64,000 nucleotides of DNA from the human T2T-CHM13v2.0 reference genome, Homo sapiens (GCA_009914755.4 CP068257.2:43200001-43264000), one strand, 5' to 3'; shown: positions 15,355-30,242, counted from the first letter of the stretch. Notes: generated from the sequence alone by a model not told the origin. Numbers and translations are program-made.

Positions 15355-16047
15355 AGACTCTTTGCGGACTTTAAAATCATACAGAATCAACGAAGCACGG
15401 CTGGGTGGTGGTGTTCAGTGTTAAGCAGTGAACATCACGTGGTTTGGGGGAGTATAGATAACGTAATGTGTATTTCCAATTCACTCCAACTAAATAAAAG
15501 GTTTACACTTGGCAAATACATTCATTCTGGCTCCTTCAAAGCTCCTCTCCAAAATCTCTCCAGACACAACCAAACAAGAACAGAACGCCGAGGCTGGGCG
15601 AGAAGGAGCAGGGCCGGTGCTGGGGAGTGCTTGGAAGGAGCGCCTGCCACACTCAGAAGATGGCAACGAGCAACGCTCCCGAGGATGAGAGGGCCGCCCT
15701 GAAACTCACAGCACCTCGGCTACGCAGGCGTGCCCACAGGAAGCCAAACACGACGGCAGAACAGCTGCAGACTTCCAGCCCAGAAGTCTTGGGACTCGAT
15801 AAGCAAACAGCTATCTGAGAAAACAGACTTCATGAAGACGACTGGCTGAGATAAAGATATTCTTAGGAGTGAGTTCACCACAGAACCGCTGGGGACAACC
15901 GCCAGCTGCTCCTCTCTGGAGAGACGTCCTTCTGTTCCGATGGGTGAACCCACAGCCCCATCTCAGGCCACACTGGCACTAACGAGGACCGAGACAGCGT
16001 GCCATCGCCTCCCAACCAGACAAAAAGGAGGCGTGACCAGTCCTTAC

Positions 16048-16094
16048 CATATTTTTTTCTGATTTCATCATGTCTTGTCTTCATCTCTGCTCTC
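16048..16094 (-). CDS. PTTG1IP: PTTG1IP exon 5 (47 nt): R|RAEMKTRHDEIRKKY|G
   Basis: ORF track 15875..16084(-) begins MKTRHDEIRKKYG. Acceptor is ttttag|GAGAGCAGAGATG and donor is TATG|gtaagg. Phases match exons 4 and 6. Confidence 0.9.
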
Positions 16095-17030
16095 CTAAAA
16101 CACAGAGGAACATTATGAGCACCAAACGACAGCGCACGGTGGTGTAACTGCTAGACACGCCCTTCCGTGTCCCTCAGTGGGGGCGCCAGGTTTCTTCTGG
16201 TGGCTTCCCTCCAGTTCCCAGAGTGAAACCAGGGTGAGGACAAGCTTGGTCATCAGGCCACATACCCACCAGGACAGGCAAGGTGACAACGAACCCAGTC
16301 TTCAAAGGCCGTTCCAATGTATTACTCTACTCTTTTCAATAAAAGCAATTCAAATGCCCAATACCGTGATTTTTAAAAAGCTTTTTTCATACAAAGAAAA
16401 CACAGTAAAAATCATACACCAGGTTCTGAAGATGGTGAGGAAAATGCGATTGTCAGCTTTTACTTAGTAGCATGTGACTTCAAGGTGACTACATGGAAAA
16501 TCTGTCCCGCTTCCACCCTCGCCCGCCGCCAACCTGACAGTTGGCCCCTCAGGTCCTCTCCTTTGCCAGGTGTGGATTACACCACCTCCTCCTGGGGTTG
16601 CCCCAGAGCCCCAGCAAGCACTCAGGAGAGTGCTGTGTCACCAGGGAAAGGGCGACAGGAGAGCTGACCCAGCCACAGTCAGACGCTGTCCCCTCTGAGC
16701 CTCAGCTTGCTCTTGGCAAATGCTGGGCCTGGACGAGCCGCCTTAGCAGCCGTCACACACCCGTGTCACCGCGCACAGACTCAGCCTTACTGCACCGATG
16801 GGAGGACACCGGGCGAGGAAGCCTATAGAAGCAAGGTTCGCAGCCACTGCTAGGTTCCCATCACAGTCTCTCGCTCTCTACCACGACCTAGAAGATCCCC
16901 TGGGCACTATACACATTCTTAATTTCTAAAAACTGAGGAAAACTCAGGATGTATCCATGTGATTTCCATGGCCTTGCAGATCTGAATCCCCTCGAAGTAA
17001 CCTTCCCAGCGGGCATCACCACCACCTCAC

Positions 17031-17202
17031 CGTTCCTCCTGCCGTATCCGCCTCTCCTCCCGCTCACGCATGGCCTTCTCCTCACTCCTGTCCGGCTTCC
17101 GGCTCCTCTTCCTCCTGCAGCAGCAGCAGCAGCAGATGGCAATGCCCAGGAGGAGGGTTCCCCCGACTACCGACATGGTGATGATCAGCGCCTCAAAGTT
17201 CA
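17031..17202 (-). CDS. PTTG1IP: PTTG1IP exon 4 (172 nt): VNFEALIITMSVVGGTLLLGIAICCCCCCRRKRSRKPDRSEEKAMREREERRIRQEE (transmembrane helix plus basic juxtamembrane region)
   Basis: ORF track 17027..17218(-). Acceptor is tctccag|TGAAC and donor is GAACG|gtgagg. The hydrophobic stretch is followed by a poly-Cys/Arg-Lys segment typical of PBF. Confidence 0.92.
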
Positions 17203-18036
17203 CTGGAGATTCAAGCACCTGGAGTTAGGGCCGCCCCAGACACAGAACCCACCCAGCACAGCAGCTTTCCCTCGCCCCTGGGGAACAACCTCAGGACACA
17301 GGAGCATAAGGAGGAAAGCCGCCTCGGCCAGGCTGCTGGCTCCTGGCGTGTGGAGAGCCTGTGGCCCTGCCTCCACCCCACAGGGTCCCGCCCTCTCCAA
17401 GTCTCCTTTCAGCCACACGTTCCTATCTGTGACTTAGAATTTATTAACAATTTATAATATTAACCATAATGAACTGAAGTGACAGGGTAGTCTGTCTCAG
17501 CTGAGTTTGAAAAGGTATTTCAAGCCTGAGAAAAGTTAACTAACCAAAATTCCAAGCTACATACTCAGACTCTCGTAAGACATTCTAAACTCACAGAAAT
17601 GGAGGTTAAGCCTGATGCAGCTTTCTTTTTTTTTATTTAAACCAAAGTCAAGAATATTACAATGATTTACAAGAGAAATAGACTCTCAGGGCACATACTG
17701 GCGGCCAGGTTCGAAAAGAATGACCGTGGAGGAGCGGACGAGACCACGGAACAAGACGAGATCATCTTCAAATCTGAGTGTTTTGAGGACCTTGGGGCTG
17801 AAGAACGGCTGGCTAATCGGTCCCAAACCCTGTTATGATTTCCTTAACCAGCCTTCAGACACACGTGCACATTTAAAACAGATCTTACTATCCTTTTAAA
17901 CTTCTTTTGAAGATCTATACATTGAAATCAGCCAAGATTTTTCCATTCAGTTCAAACCAGAGGCAATTAAAAAATACCCTAAAACTACTTTTGCAAATGT
18001 GTTTTCAATCATGCAGTTCAAACAGCCTCCTTGGCT

Positions 18037-18345
18037 GGACACAGTGGCTCACACCTATAATCCCAGCACTTTGGGAGGCCAAATCGGGAGGATTGCTTGA
18101 GCCCAGGAGTTCAACACCCGCCCAGCCAACAAAGTGAGACCCAGCCCTGCCCATCTCTACAAAACTGTTTAACAAATTAACTGGGTGTGGTGCATGCACC
18201 TCTGGTCCCAGCGACATGGGAGGCTGAGGTGGGAGGATCGCTTGAGCTCGGGAGGTTGAGGCTGCAGTGAGCCGTGCCTGCACTATTGCACTCCAGCCCG
18301 GGCAACACGGCAAGACACCATCTTGAAACAAACAAAAAACACCCA
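18037..18345 (+). mobile_element. Alu element
   Basis: The left monomer (ggctggacacagtggctcacacc) and right monomer are separated by an A-rich linker. Confidence 0.8.
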
Positions 18346-20225
18346 GCCAGCCTCCTGAAGATGGCTTTATAAGCAAACTCCCCTGGGCAGTAGATTACCG
18401 CATGATTCACTGTTTTTAACTACAGTTAATAGCTGTGCCACCACCACAGGTGACACCGTCTCACCTCCAGGGGCTGGGAGTTGAACACTTGCTGCATGCC
18501 TGGGCCCTGGCAAGGAGGCCGACGGCCAGGCCTCTGGGGCTCCCGCAGCCTCACCCCTCTGCTGCCCCGGACGCCGAGATCCGCATTTCTTAGTTTATTA
18601 AAATAGTTTGAAAATCAGGAATAGGAGGTTACATCTGATCAAATGCCTTTTGAGCTTTTAATCCTGTGTTTTTTCCTCCTCTGACCTGTTCTGGAAGCAT
18701 AGAATTGCAAAAATTATAGTAAGAGGGAGAACTACAGAGGGGACCTTCATTGGCAGAAGATGTCATTTTCTGACTGGAGAACTCCAATGAGATCAACAAG
18801 ATGGCTGGCCTTAAAACATATCTACCCCTCAGATAGCTTTTCTGATTAGCAGCTAAAACTAGTTAAAAACAAACAGAAATCCTGTCACAACGGGAAACAA
18901 ACTCTGGGCTCCTTTTGCTGATTCCATAGGGTAAAACCCATGAACTTGAACTTGAACCAAAGGATGTGGGAGAGGCCTGAAAGAGAGGCATCTTTGCCTC
19001 TGGACAAACGGCCAACGCTGTAGACATTTCATTTTCCTTCAAGTAAGCATGTTTATCAGGCCATTACAATTAAAGCTCCAAAATAATTTTGGCTAGAACT
19101 GGATAAAATGGTTCTAAGGTTACCTGTAAGAATAAACAAGGACCTGTGGTGCAAGACCTAAAACGGGTATCATGTGCGCCGCGGCATCTGGTGAAATCAG
19201 GAGGGCCCTGAGGGCCCGGCCACAACTGCTCCTCCCCACTCTGCTCCCGTGGGCAAGGCTGGACAAGGTCCCAGCTCAGACAGCCTCTTCCTCCTCCCGG
19301 CAGGGCCAGGCACACTTTCTGTTTCTCCCGGAGGAGCAGGTGTCAGTTCCCTCTCAGCCTCAGAATTAACCAAACAAGCCCATCGCACCCCACCCTCCTG
19401 TCACGAAATGGCTGCCTCCCCGAGCCCTGTTCCCCTGCGGGACCCTGCGTGGCGTGTGGTGCCCCCTCCCCACTGTGACTGTGACTAGTCACCTGCTGCC
19501 GCTCTCATGTGCAGGGCTGGGTGTTGTGTGTCCATCCACTTCTGCAGCCTAGCGTGGGGATGTCATTTCACAAGAGAATTGTCAAAAACACCCACCACTT
19601 GTAAAGGTGCTCAGCACGATCGGCTAGTCACTGCAGAAATGCAGGTGAGAAGCACAAGACACCACTACACACCCACTAGATGGACTGAACTTAGGGTGAC
19701 TGGTTACCCTAAACATTGGGAAGGATGTGGAGCAACCAAGTCCCACATTGCCTGAGGGAGGCCAAACTGGTACAGCCACTCCAAAAACATTTGGCAGACG
19801 TACTAAGGCTAAACACAAATATGCTCCGTGACACAGCAACTCCACCCCTACACTCCTCCAGACGTGAGCGCCTGTGCCGGCACCAACACAACACCGCTCA
19901 CAGCAGCACCAGAAGGACCCAGGCGTCCCTGAGTGGCAGCATGGCTGAACAGCTGTAGAACACTGCACGAGAAAGATAACTGGTGCAGGCAATTGACACG
20001 AATCTCGGGCACATGCTGAATAAAACATCCAATAAAGCACAGGATTTCCTCCACATAAAGGCGGGAACCAGTAACATTAATCTGTGGTGACGGGAAGTCC
20101 AGTCAGTGGCTCCCATGGGGGTCCTGACAGGAATTGGGCCTTCTGAAAGTCCTGGAAGTCCTACCTACTTTGCTGTGAGTGGTGATAACCTGTATACGTA
20201 TGCAAAAATGCACTGAATATATGTA

Positions 20226-20358
20226 CGCACACACGTGTGCATTATGTAGGCTATAAGCCGCGGTCCATGTAGGCACACACGTGTGCATTATGTAGGCTAT
20301 AAACTGCGGTCCATGCAGGCACACATGTGTGCATTATGTAGGCTATAAAGTCCATGCA
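20226..20358. repeat. ~47-bp tandem repeat x~2.7
   Basis: The unit gcacacacgtgtgcattatgtaggctataa(g/a)c(c)gcggtccatg(t/c)ag repeats in tandem. Confidence 0.85.
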
Positions 20359-20925
20359 GAGAGAGACTTCAGATGTGTGCACTTCATGAGAAGCTACATG
20401 CCATTAAAAACACCTCCAGAACAGGTGTTCCAAAGGGCAAGGCTCCCCAGGTCCAGGAGCTGTGTCTTCAGAGTGGTCATTAAGAGAAGTTCCATGGAAG
20501 GGATGAGTTCACAAACACACATGCATCACACACAGTACACACATCACACATGAAGGTGCACACACACCACCACCACCCCCTGCCAGACATCCCACACTAC
20601 AACCACCACCACCACACAAACTTTTGAATTCTCTAGGGCCTCAACACCAGCAACAAGTTGTTTCAGATGGAGGCTGATAGATTTTGAAATGGAAATCAAT
20701 TAGAAGAGTGGTAAGTAAGACGTAAGTTGCAGAGGGATCCAAGATGCAAATAAACAAAAAGAATCATCAAAACACCTTAAGAAAATATTGCTTCTTTACA
20801 AAGTTTAGGAACCCTATGTATTACCCCAAAACCTGAAGCCTAAAAGATTAATAAATTCAACTACATAATAATGAGTTCTAGGTTACAAAACACACCACAA
20901 ACTGATTTAAAAGGCAAACTACGGG

Positions 20926-21212
20926 GCTGGGCGCAGTGGCTCACGCCTGTAATCCCAGCACTTTGGGAGGCTGAGGTGGGCAGATCATGAGGTCAGGAGA
21001 TCGAGACCATCCTGGCTAACACAGTGAAACCCCGTCTCTACTAAAAAATACAAGAAATTAGCCGGACGTGGTGGCGGGCACCTGTAGTCCCAGCTACTCA
21101 GGAGGCTGAGGCAGGAGAATGGCGTGAACCTGGGAGGCGGAGCTTGCAGTGAGCCAAGATAGTGCCATTGCACTCCAGCCCGTCTCAAAAATAAATAAAT
21201 AAATAAATAAAG
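20926..21212 (+). mobile_element. Alu element with (AAATA)n tail
   Basis: The element runs ggctgggcgcagtggctcacgcc...aaataaataaataaataaataaa. Confidence 0.85.
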
Positions 21213-21619
21213 GCAAACTAGAAAACAACTTGAATCTCACAAGAGCTGATTTCCTTAATTTAAAAACGCCTCCAAAATCAAATATACAAAGATACGCACA
21301 CAAAAAAAGAGGGCTGTGTCTACGCAAGCAGGGATTCTTAAGCTGGGAAAACTGGAGATTCTAGGGGAATTCACAGGTGAGTTTCAGGGGTGACACATGA
21401 ACAAAACATACTGAGCAGAGAAGTCAAACACGTTGCCTTCAAACTCACCCTTTTCCCCACACCTTCTGTAACGTGGTGAGATAGAGCTCAGTGCTGGGGC
21501 TGACCACCTTGAAGGAGGTCCTCCAGGTTCCCCAGGGCTGCTTTCCCGGTCAGCAGATCACCCCTGGCTTCCCAACCTCTCCCTGGGAGTCACAGAGCTA
21601 CTGGCAGCACATTTTCTAG

Positions 21620-21941
<322 letters not shown>

Positions 21942-22002
21942 CATACTACTATTTTCAAAGAAGCATCGATTTTGCAAGCAGCAAATGAAAACAATGACTT
22001 AC

Positions 22003-22111
22003 CCCAACAAACTCCCCAGCGTGCAGAGCTCAATTTACAAAGGGAAGCCGGTGGCAAGACGCTTGTAACTGGGTAGTCCAGACAAGCCTTGTTAGTGTTG
22101 CACCAAAGACA
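22003..22111 (-). CDS. PTTG1IP: PTTG1IP exon 3 (109 nt): CLWCNTNKACLDYPVTSVLPPASLCKLSSARWGVCW (PSI-like cysteine-rich ectodomain)
   Basis: ORF track 21914..22135(-) contains this peptide. Acceptor is ctctttcag|TGT and donor is TGGG|gtaagtc. It leaves one nt to pair with exon 4. Confidence 0.92.
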
Positions 22112-23080
22112 CTGAAAGAGACCAACATTAAGCAAGCATTAGAAACAACAGAAAAACCAAAGAACTGTCCAGGCTCTGCCCACAGCCCGCCAGTGCTGCC
22201 ATCGCTCTGTGGATGGCTGTAAAGGCTCAACCTCCCCCCCAACGCCTCATCTCTGCCTTCACCCTCAGCGCCCTTCGGTCCACACCCAGCACAGCGGCCA
22301 GCAGCCCTGTCAGCTCTCCACGGACTCATCCAAGGCCCGCGTCACTCAGGCCTCTTCCACAACTCACCCTGCTGAGGCCACGGGGCCTCTGTGTTGGCAG
22401 CCTCCTGAGTGCTGCCAACCCCACCTCATGCTCTCAGCCTCAGCTCAGCCTGCCGGTTCTGCCTGGAGCACTCTCCCCACATCTGTGTGGCTCCCCACTG
22501 ACTGGATGGGCCCTGCCTCGATCAACAGACTGGACACAACCAGCCGCCTCCACCCCCTCCTCCTCACCTCCTGTGAGGTTTGCTTCCGTAGACCTCTCCT
22601 CCCCACACGCCGGGCACCTGTGCACTTCACTGGCTGAAGTCTCCCAAGAACACAGGACACAGCCTGGCCCATCACAGGCACTCACTGAGTTTGTGTTGAA
22701 TGGACTTGGGTGAGCATGGTCACCATCTGTAGCAAGGACCATGCTTCCTACCTCTGACCTTCACAACTGCACTAAGTCGCACAGCTTGAAAGATGATGCA
22801 ACTACGGCTCAGCCCGCCCTAAACTGACAGCTGGAGAGAACCTCATAGACGCTCTTGTCTGAGCCCCTTGAATGTCAGGTGTGAGGCCGCAGTGGTGTGG
22901 AGACAACACCATCACACCCGTGTGTGTGTGTGTAAGAGCCCAGAGCTGGGCCCAGCCCATGCCACAGCAGTACACAACGAGGCCCGAAAGCGGTCTGTGA
23001 GCCAGGCACTGAGCGTGACAGGGGACAGCCTAGCACGCAGGCAGATGGCACAGGAAGGGGTGAAAGAACTGCTGTTCGGG

Positions 23081-23526
<446 letters not shown>

Positions 23527-23884
23527 CTATTACAAAAAAATATTAATTACAATGTCCCCTGGGCCTTCTTTCCCAGGGCTACTTATACAGTGACCACCTT
23601 AGTGTCGTGTTTAAGTGGTTTCCAGCATAATGTAACAATTAACAGTTAAACCCTGTTTATTCTGGTCATTTGGGAGTATCTTCCATTTCAGGGGTTTTGC
23701 TTGCAATTAACGATTTTTGGCTAATCCTCCCTTTTCAAGTGGCTCAAGTTGTAAATGTCTGATTTTCCATTTTTCCATGACAGTGGTACCATGAGCCACA
23801 GGACTGCACTGGGAGGATACGGTGTTCTCTGGTGGTTGTGCTGCTTTTCTGATCGATGAAGTAATATGCACATAGCAAGCAGCT

Positions 23885-24130
23885 CAGGCAGCAGCACAGA
23901 CACACAGCCCGCCACGGCCTCAGCAGCACAGAGACACAGCCCACCACAGCCTCAGCAGCAGAGACACAGCCCACCACGGCCTCAGCAGCAGAGACACAGC
24001 CCACCACGGCCTCAGCAGCAGAGACACAGCCCACCACGGCCTCAGCAGCAGACACACAGCCCGCCACGGCCTCAGCAGCAGACACACAGCCCGCCACGGC
24101 CTCAGGAGCGTGGACACAGCCCACCATAGC
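23885..24130. repeat. 30-bp minisatellite x~8 (CTCAGCAGCAGAGACACAGCCCACCACGGC) in PTTG1IP intron 2
   Basis: Direct tandem copies; the period of 30 keeps all frames open, giving the QQQRHSPPRP-repeat artefact ORF. Confidence 0.9.
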
Positions 24131-24670
24131 CACTGCTCCAACACGCAGGGTCCTCTTGAGACCTCCCAGGCACTGACACCTCCTTCCAGAAACCTCCTGT
24201 GTGCCCAAGAGCACACCCACACACGCCTGGAGCTACTGTAGGGCAAGCGGCCCTCTTCACCGCCCTGTCTGGGTTCAGAACTGGAGTCAGGCCTTCAGCC
24301 CTTCTGGACTGGCCCCATCCACAATGACCTGGGCAAGTCCCTCAGCCGCCTCATCCACGAGATGGCTGTCATCACCACACCCTGCCCAGGGTGGTGAGGG
24401 TTACACAGGGTACTATGGCAAAAACGCACTCTAGGCTACAAAGCCGCATACAATAGTGAGCTATGTTTAAAGCTGAAATGACTTCCAATAGAAAAATCCA
24501 GAGACTAAAAAGAAGCACCATCTAGAAAATGCACCAGGACCAGGCGCATTAGAGCAAGTTCAACATCACCAATGTCAAGATCTGAAACCACAGAAACAGC
24601 GTCTTTCAATTTTTAATCAGCAAATGCAAGTATCCACTTAAGTCTCACAAACTGACAGGGTGTGTCTCGA

Positions 24671-24864
24671 ACCTACGCTACGGTCTCGTGGAGGAAGAAG
24701 AGTTTTTAAGAACATGGCTCATGCCTTAGAATAGAAATCATCGAATACATCTTTCCCGGCCTCCTCAAACCTACGCTACGGTCTCGTGGAGGAAGAAGAG
24801 TTTTTAAGAACATGGCTCATGCCTTAGAATAGAAATCATCGAATACATCTTTCCCGGCCTCCTC
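24671..24864. repeat. 97-bp perfect tandem duplication x2
   Basis: aacctacgctacggtctcgtggaggaagaagagtttttaagaacatggctcatgccttagaatagaaatcatcgaatacatctttcccggcctcctca occurs twice back to back. Confidence 0.9.
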
Positions 24865-25056
24865 ATATCATGAAACCTCATTGCCGGGGAAAGGAAGCCT
24901 CTGGCCCTGCAGTTCTCAAAACCTGGTAAACTCCTGACTGGAAGGGGCAAGGGGTGGGCGAGATCAGGAATCCTAAGAAAAAGGCCCCACAGGATGCTGT
25001 TTTCTGCCTAACCACTTCCCACTGCCGTGGGCCTTCCCTCAGGTTTCCCGTGCTGA

Positions 25057-25497
<441 letters not shown>

Positions 25498-26197
25498 CCC
25501 TGTTCACACGTCTTTAACAAGACCTGCACTGTGATGCTGCTTCCCCACCACGGGTGCTCCTTCTTCCAGGTGGGCATCTGCATCAGTCTCCATCGGGAAG
25601 GCACCCCGGGGAGTCTCGGGCCCCACCTCATGCCGTGGAGGCTTAGGGAACTTTGCTCCAGACCGCTACCCTCTTGTTGAAGGTCACACAGGTAGTTAAA
25701 ATCCAAACCTGAGCCCCAGGTCACGACCAGAGAGTGCTATGGACAGCCTGGCCCACCGGCCCAGAGGGCTGGTGCCTCTCTCTCCTTGCTGTGCCCCTTC
25801 CAATCCTGTGTGAGCAGCTCAGAAAGCAGTCTCTGCTGCAGCCCGACAGCCTGGGAAAACACGGGCTCACAACCTGAGGGTGTAGCTTTGCGGACAGCCA
25901 AATTTCTCGCTATGGGCCTCGTTAGGAAGGCTGGCCACGCAGTGCTGGCCCCATCTGCATAAGAGTGAAATCATGGATACTGACCATGCTCAGACAGTAA
26001 CTGCAGTTTTCATGAGAAGGTTTAATATACCTGAAATGGCTAAAATAACATTTGATAACGATTCCAAAAAACATCCCCCCAAATCCCAAACAACAGAGCC
26101 CTCCACACATCCCAGCGAATCCCTGGACCTAGAGAAAGCCCGTGTGCCTTTGGACGGTCTGGACGGCACTCTGGTCTCTAGTCCACGTGCTACTTAC

Positions 26198-26250
26198 GGA
26201 GACGTTCTTCAGGCACTCTTCACAGGTTTTGTTTGTGTTCTGAGAACAAG
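26198..26250 (-). CDS. PTTG1IP: PTTG1IP exon 2 (53 nt): A|CSQNTNKTCEECLKNVS
   Basis: Reverse-strand translation gives CT TGT TCT CAG AAC ACA AAC AAA ACC TGT GAA GAG TGC CTG AAG AAC GTC TCC. It is flanked by the acceptor tttcctgcag| and donor |gtaagtagc. Phase 1 in and phase 0 out fit exons 1 and 3. Confidence 0.9.
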
Positions 26251-26989
26251 CTGCAGGAAAGAGGCAAGAGACAAGTCAGTCACTGAGAATCAGGCAGTGT
26301 AAACATTAGTCCAGCAGGGCAGGGTGGGCACCAGTGAGGGGTGTGGCACCAAGAACCTCTGATGTGGAATTACCAAATGAAGGTCCTCTTCCTGAGCCCC
26401 TGCTGATAACAAGCCTTCTTCAAGACATGTGGAACGAGTGTTCAGGAATCCCGCTGCAGGCAGGGCACAAAGAGTATAAACATGCGGCTCCTATCCACAA
26501 GGGCTCTTCTGGGAGAGAAGAGTGCCAACACAGAAGGCTGTGTTTCAGATCTATCTGTGAGAGGAAGTGTGCCCTGTGGCTGTGTAATCACTAACCACAA
26601 ACCTGCTGGGACCTTCTGCTCATCAGCAGGCACTCTTTTGGGAACCCAAGAGCCTCCATCCGAGGCCACAGCAACGCCAGCGACACTGCCATGCAGCACA
26701 CTTGTGTCTTCGGACTCACCTACAGATCTCATGTGACAAAGCAAGGTCTTAGTCCCCTGGTAGCCTCACTCCAGACTGGGCTATGCTCCCTGTACCAACC
26801 TGTACCAAGGGAGAGGCCCGGCACACCAGCCTGCTCCAACCACGCAGAACACCCTGAGACTCTGCCCACTACTCAAAGCGCTGCTACTAAGGAAGGGGTC
26901 AAACTCCACGCAGCCAACAGCTCTGGAACTCAAGCCAGTCAGAAGCAAGAGCGACTGCATGAGTAACTTCCAACATGCAACCAAGCTGA

Positions 26990-27172
26990 CTGCCTACTCC
27001 CCCAATCCTGTAACACACACACACACACACACAGCCTACTCCCCCAATCCCATAACACACACACACACACGCAGACTGCCTACTCCCCCAATCCCGTAAC
27101 ACACACACAGACTGCCTACTCCCCCAATCCCATAACACACACACACACACACAGACTGCCTACTCCAATCCC

Positions 27173-27209
<37 letters not shown>

Positions 27210-27443
27210 ACTGCCTACTCCAATCCCATAACACACACACACACACACACACACAGACTGCCTACTCCCCCAATCCCATAACACACACACACACACACGC
27301 AGACTGCCTACTCCCCCAATCCCGTAACACACACGCAGACTGCCTACTCCCCCAATCCCGTAACACACACACAGACTGCCTACTCCCCCAATCCCGTAAC
27401 ACACACACACACACACACACAGACTGCCTACTCCAATCCCATA

Positions 27444-27474
<31 letters not shown>

Positions 27475-27480
27475 GTGCAC
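26990..27480. repeat. Compound minisatellite: ~45-60 bp units (CAGACTGCCTACTCCCCCAATCCCATAACA + (CA)n) x~9, in PTTG1IP intron 1
   Basis: Repeated blocks alternate a 30-nt unique core with variable-length (CA)n microsatellite runs. Confidence 0.9.
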
Positions 27481-29528
27481 GCTGAAAAGAGCTCTGTGCT
27501 CATCACCAGTCACCAGACAAAGGCAAATTAAAACTCCAAATGACAGATGACTACACACCTACCAGAATGGCTAAAATTAAAGAGAATGACAATACCAAAT
27601 GTTGGCAAGGATGTACAGCAACAGAACTCTCACACAGTGTTGGTGGAAGTGTAAATGGCTCAACCATTTGCAAAGAAGGTCTGGCAGCTGCTCCTAAACA
27701 AACATGCGACCACCTATGACTCAGCAATTCCACTCTTAGTATTTCATCCAGGAGAGAAGGCGCCTGCATCCACAGATGGACCTGCGCAGGAAGGCTCCGT
27801 GACAGCCCCAAGCTGAACACAGCCCAGATGTCACTCTGTAGGAGGGTGGACAGACAGACTGGAACACTCACACGATACCAGCAGGGCATCAAGAATAGCA
27901 AACATGCGGCTCTCGTATCAAGGGATCTTCTGGAAAAGGCATTCCAAACACAAAAGGCTGTTTTACGTGTCTCTCCTTTGGAGGTGAGCTAGGCGGCTGT
28001 GCAATCACTAACACTGTTCAGCGATAAAAAGAAACGAACTGCTCTATGTAAAACATGGATGAGTCTGAAGCACATCATGTGAGCGAAAGACGCCTTCCAC
28101 AAAAGACCCTACCGTGTAATTTCGTGGCTATGCCGCTCTAGAAAAGGTGAGACTCACGTATGGAGGGAGGGGGGCAATGGCTGCCTGGGGGACGGCCATG
28201 CGTGGGGGAGGCTGAATCTTCCAGATCGAGGGTCTGTCTCGGTCGCGGCTATGTGGGTGTAACTCACTGAACAGCACAATTAAGTTTCCCACATATTCCC
28301 GTATGAAAAATGTATCTCAAAAGAAAAAACAAGACAACTGCTGAACTCTGGTCCCTGACAGGCATGGTGAAGGCAGGAGAGCACGCTCATGTCTGTGACT
28401 GACGCTCACGTCTGTGACTGACATTCACGCAGGCGTGGAAGGCTGTGGGGGACACCTGGACAAATGCAACACAGCAAAGCATGGCGACACGGCTGAAGTG
28501 GCGGGTATACAAGCGCGCACCACAAAATCCTGCAGCTTTGCTGTCCATGTGAGGAGCTTCATGATGAAATGGAGGGAAAAGAGCTTCAGCTTTAACTTAC
28601 AATTTCACTCATTACGTTTACCAAAAGGGACAAATAATACATCGAGTACATTGTTGTGATCCTTCTATTTAACAGTGTAGTTCTACACTCCACTTTTCTA
28701 AATAAATCTCCACTTTATTTGAAACGAAAGCACATTTTGTCACATATTCTATAGCAATTATCACTAAGTAGTACTTTTCTCAGAGTCTCTAGCGATGTGC
28801 TATTCGGTTTATGGAGAAGTTTCTTTTAAGCCACTTTAGATACTTGAAACAACAGGCTGTATTCAGCCCCAGGGAGGCAAAGAAAATTGACAACCAGTGA
28901 AAAGCCTTAATTTCTTAAATCACTGCTGAGAGACAGGGTTACAGGAAACTTTGATAAGAACAGCACTGCTGACGTTCCCAAGTCCCCAGCTACTTGGCAC
29001 TGTGGGAGGAAGGAGCAACTGTGGGCTGATGGTGGGCAAAGACCCCCGTGGTGCTGCAATGTGACGGGCACCATGATGAACTCTTGGTTTTAAAATTCAA
29101 CTCCTAGCTCTGTCTGCTGAAAGGGCCTAGAAAGGACAACACCCAGCAGCAGAGGTGTATTCTTGGTGCCCAGGTCGTGGTTTCTACGTGCTGTTCCCCA
29201 TCAGCCGGAAGCAGGGCTCCTCGGAGAAATGGCTGATTCCAGAAGTGGGGCAGGAAGTGAACACATGAGCCACAGACAGTGTGCAGTGCCCGAGAGTGGC
29301 ACAGACATGAACGAATGGCAAGAGGACCCAGAAGCCAGCCTGGAGGGAGTCTTTCTGGCCATATCTGGGCCAAGTGAACATCAAAATAAATGATAACAGT
29401 CATGAACTCTAACCCCTAGAAGCCACACTGACATGAAATAAAGAGAAGGCCGAGTGGCAAATGCTGAAGAAATGATGAGTTGAGAAGCCTCCATTTTACA
29501 ATCATCACAGCCAACACTAATGCAGGCA

Positions 29529-29618
29529 AGAATTCCCCAAAGATGCCAAGTCCACTGGGTCTGCCCCCGAAGATGCCAAGTCCACTGGGTCTGCCCCCGA
29601 AGATGCCAAGACCACTGA
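29529..29618. repeat. 30-bp tandem repeat x3
   Basis: gaagatgccaagtccactgggtctgccccc x3 (third copy diverged). Confidence 0.85.
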
Positions 29619-30242
29619 GTCTGCCTGTGGACTGACAAGATAGTCTCAAAGCACCTCCCCACAGGTGAGTCATTACTCATGGAGAGGAGGTGGCACTTCC
29701 AAGAGATCAGTTATCTCCACCATAACCCAGAACAACATGATGATGGGACAAAGTGACAGCATGTGCCTCCCACGGAGGATACTGAGAGGACAGAATCACT
29801 GTGCCGTGCTCCTGCCAAAGCGCACCTGAATCGAATCAAAGGAAACACCCGGTAAGACCCACTGAGGGTCCTTCCACAAATTGGCTTTCTCAAGACAAAG
29901 AGGAACTATTCTAGATCAATGGAGATTAAAGAGACACAACAATTAAATTCAACTTGTGATCCTGGATTTCAGGGGGTAGGGGAACAGGACATTGTTGGGG
30001 TAACTGTTTAAATTTGTATATGGATTGTAAGTTAAATCAGGTATTCAATGTTACATGTCCAGATTTTGATAATTATATAAATTTCAGTTATGAAGAAGAA
30101 CAGCCTCCTTCTTAGGAGATAGACTCTGAAGAATGTAGAGATAAAGGGTCACAATAGTAACTTACTCTCAAATGGTTTGGTCAAAATAACAACAGGCAAC
30201 ACAATTATGATTGTCAATTTACAATACATTTTTAAAATATAA

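Noticed and set aside
23744-24246. 158-aa and 108-aa minus ORFs with AVAGCVSAAEAV / LLLRPWWAVS repeats
   Set aside because: They are translations of the 30-bp minisatellite.
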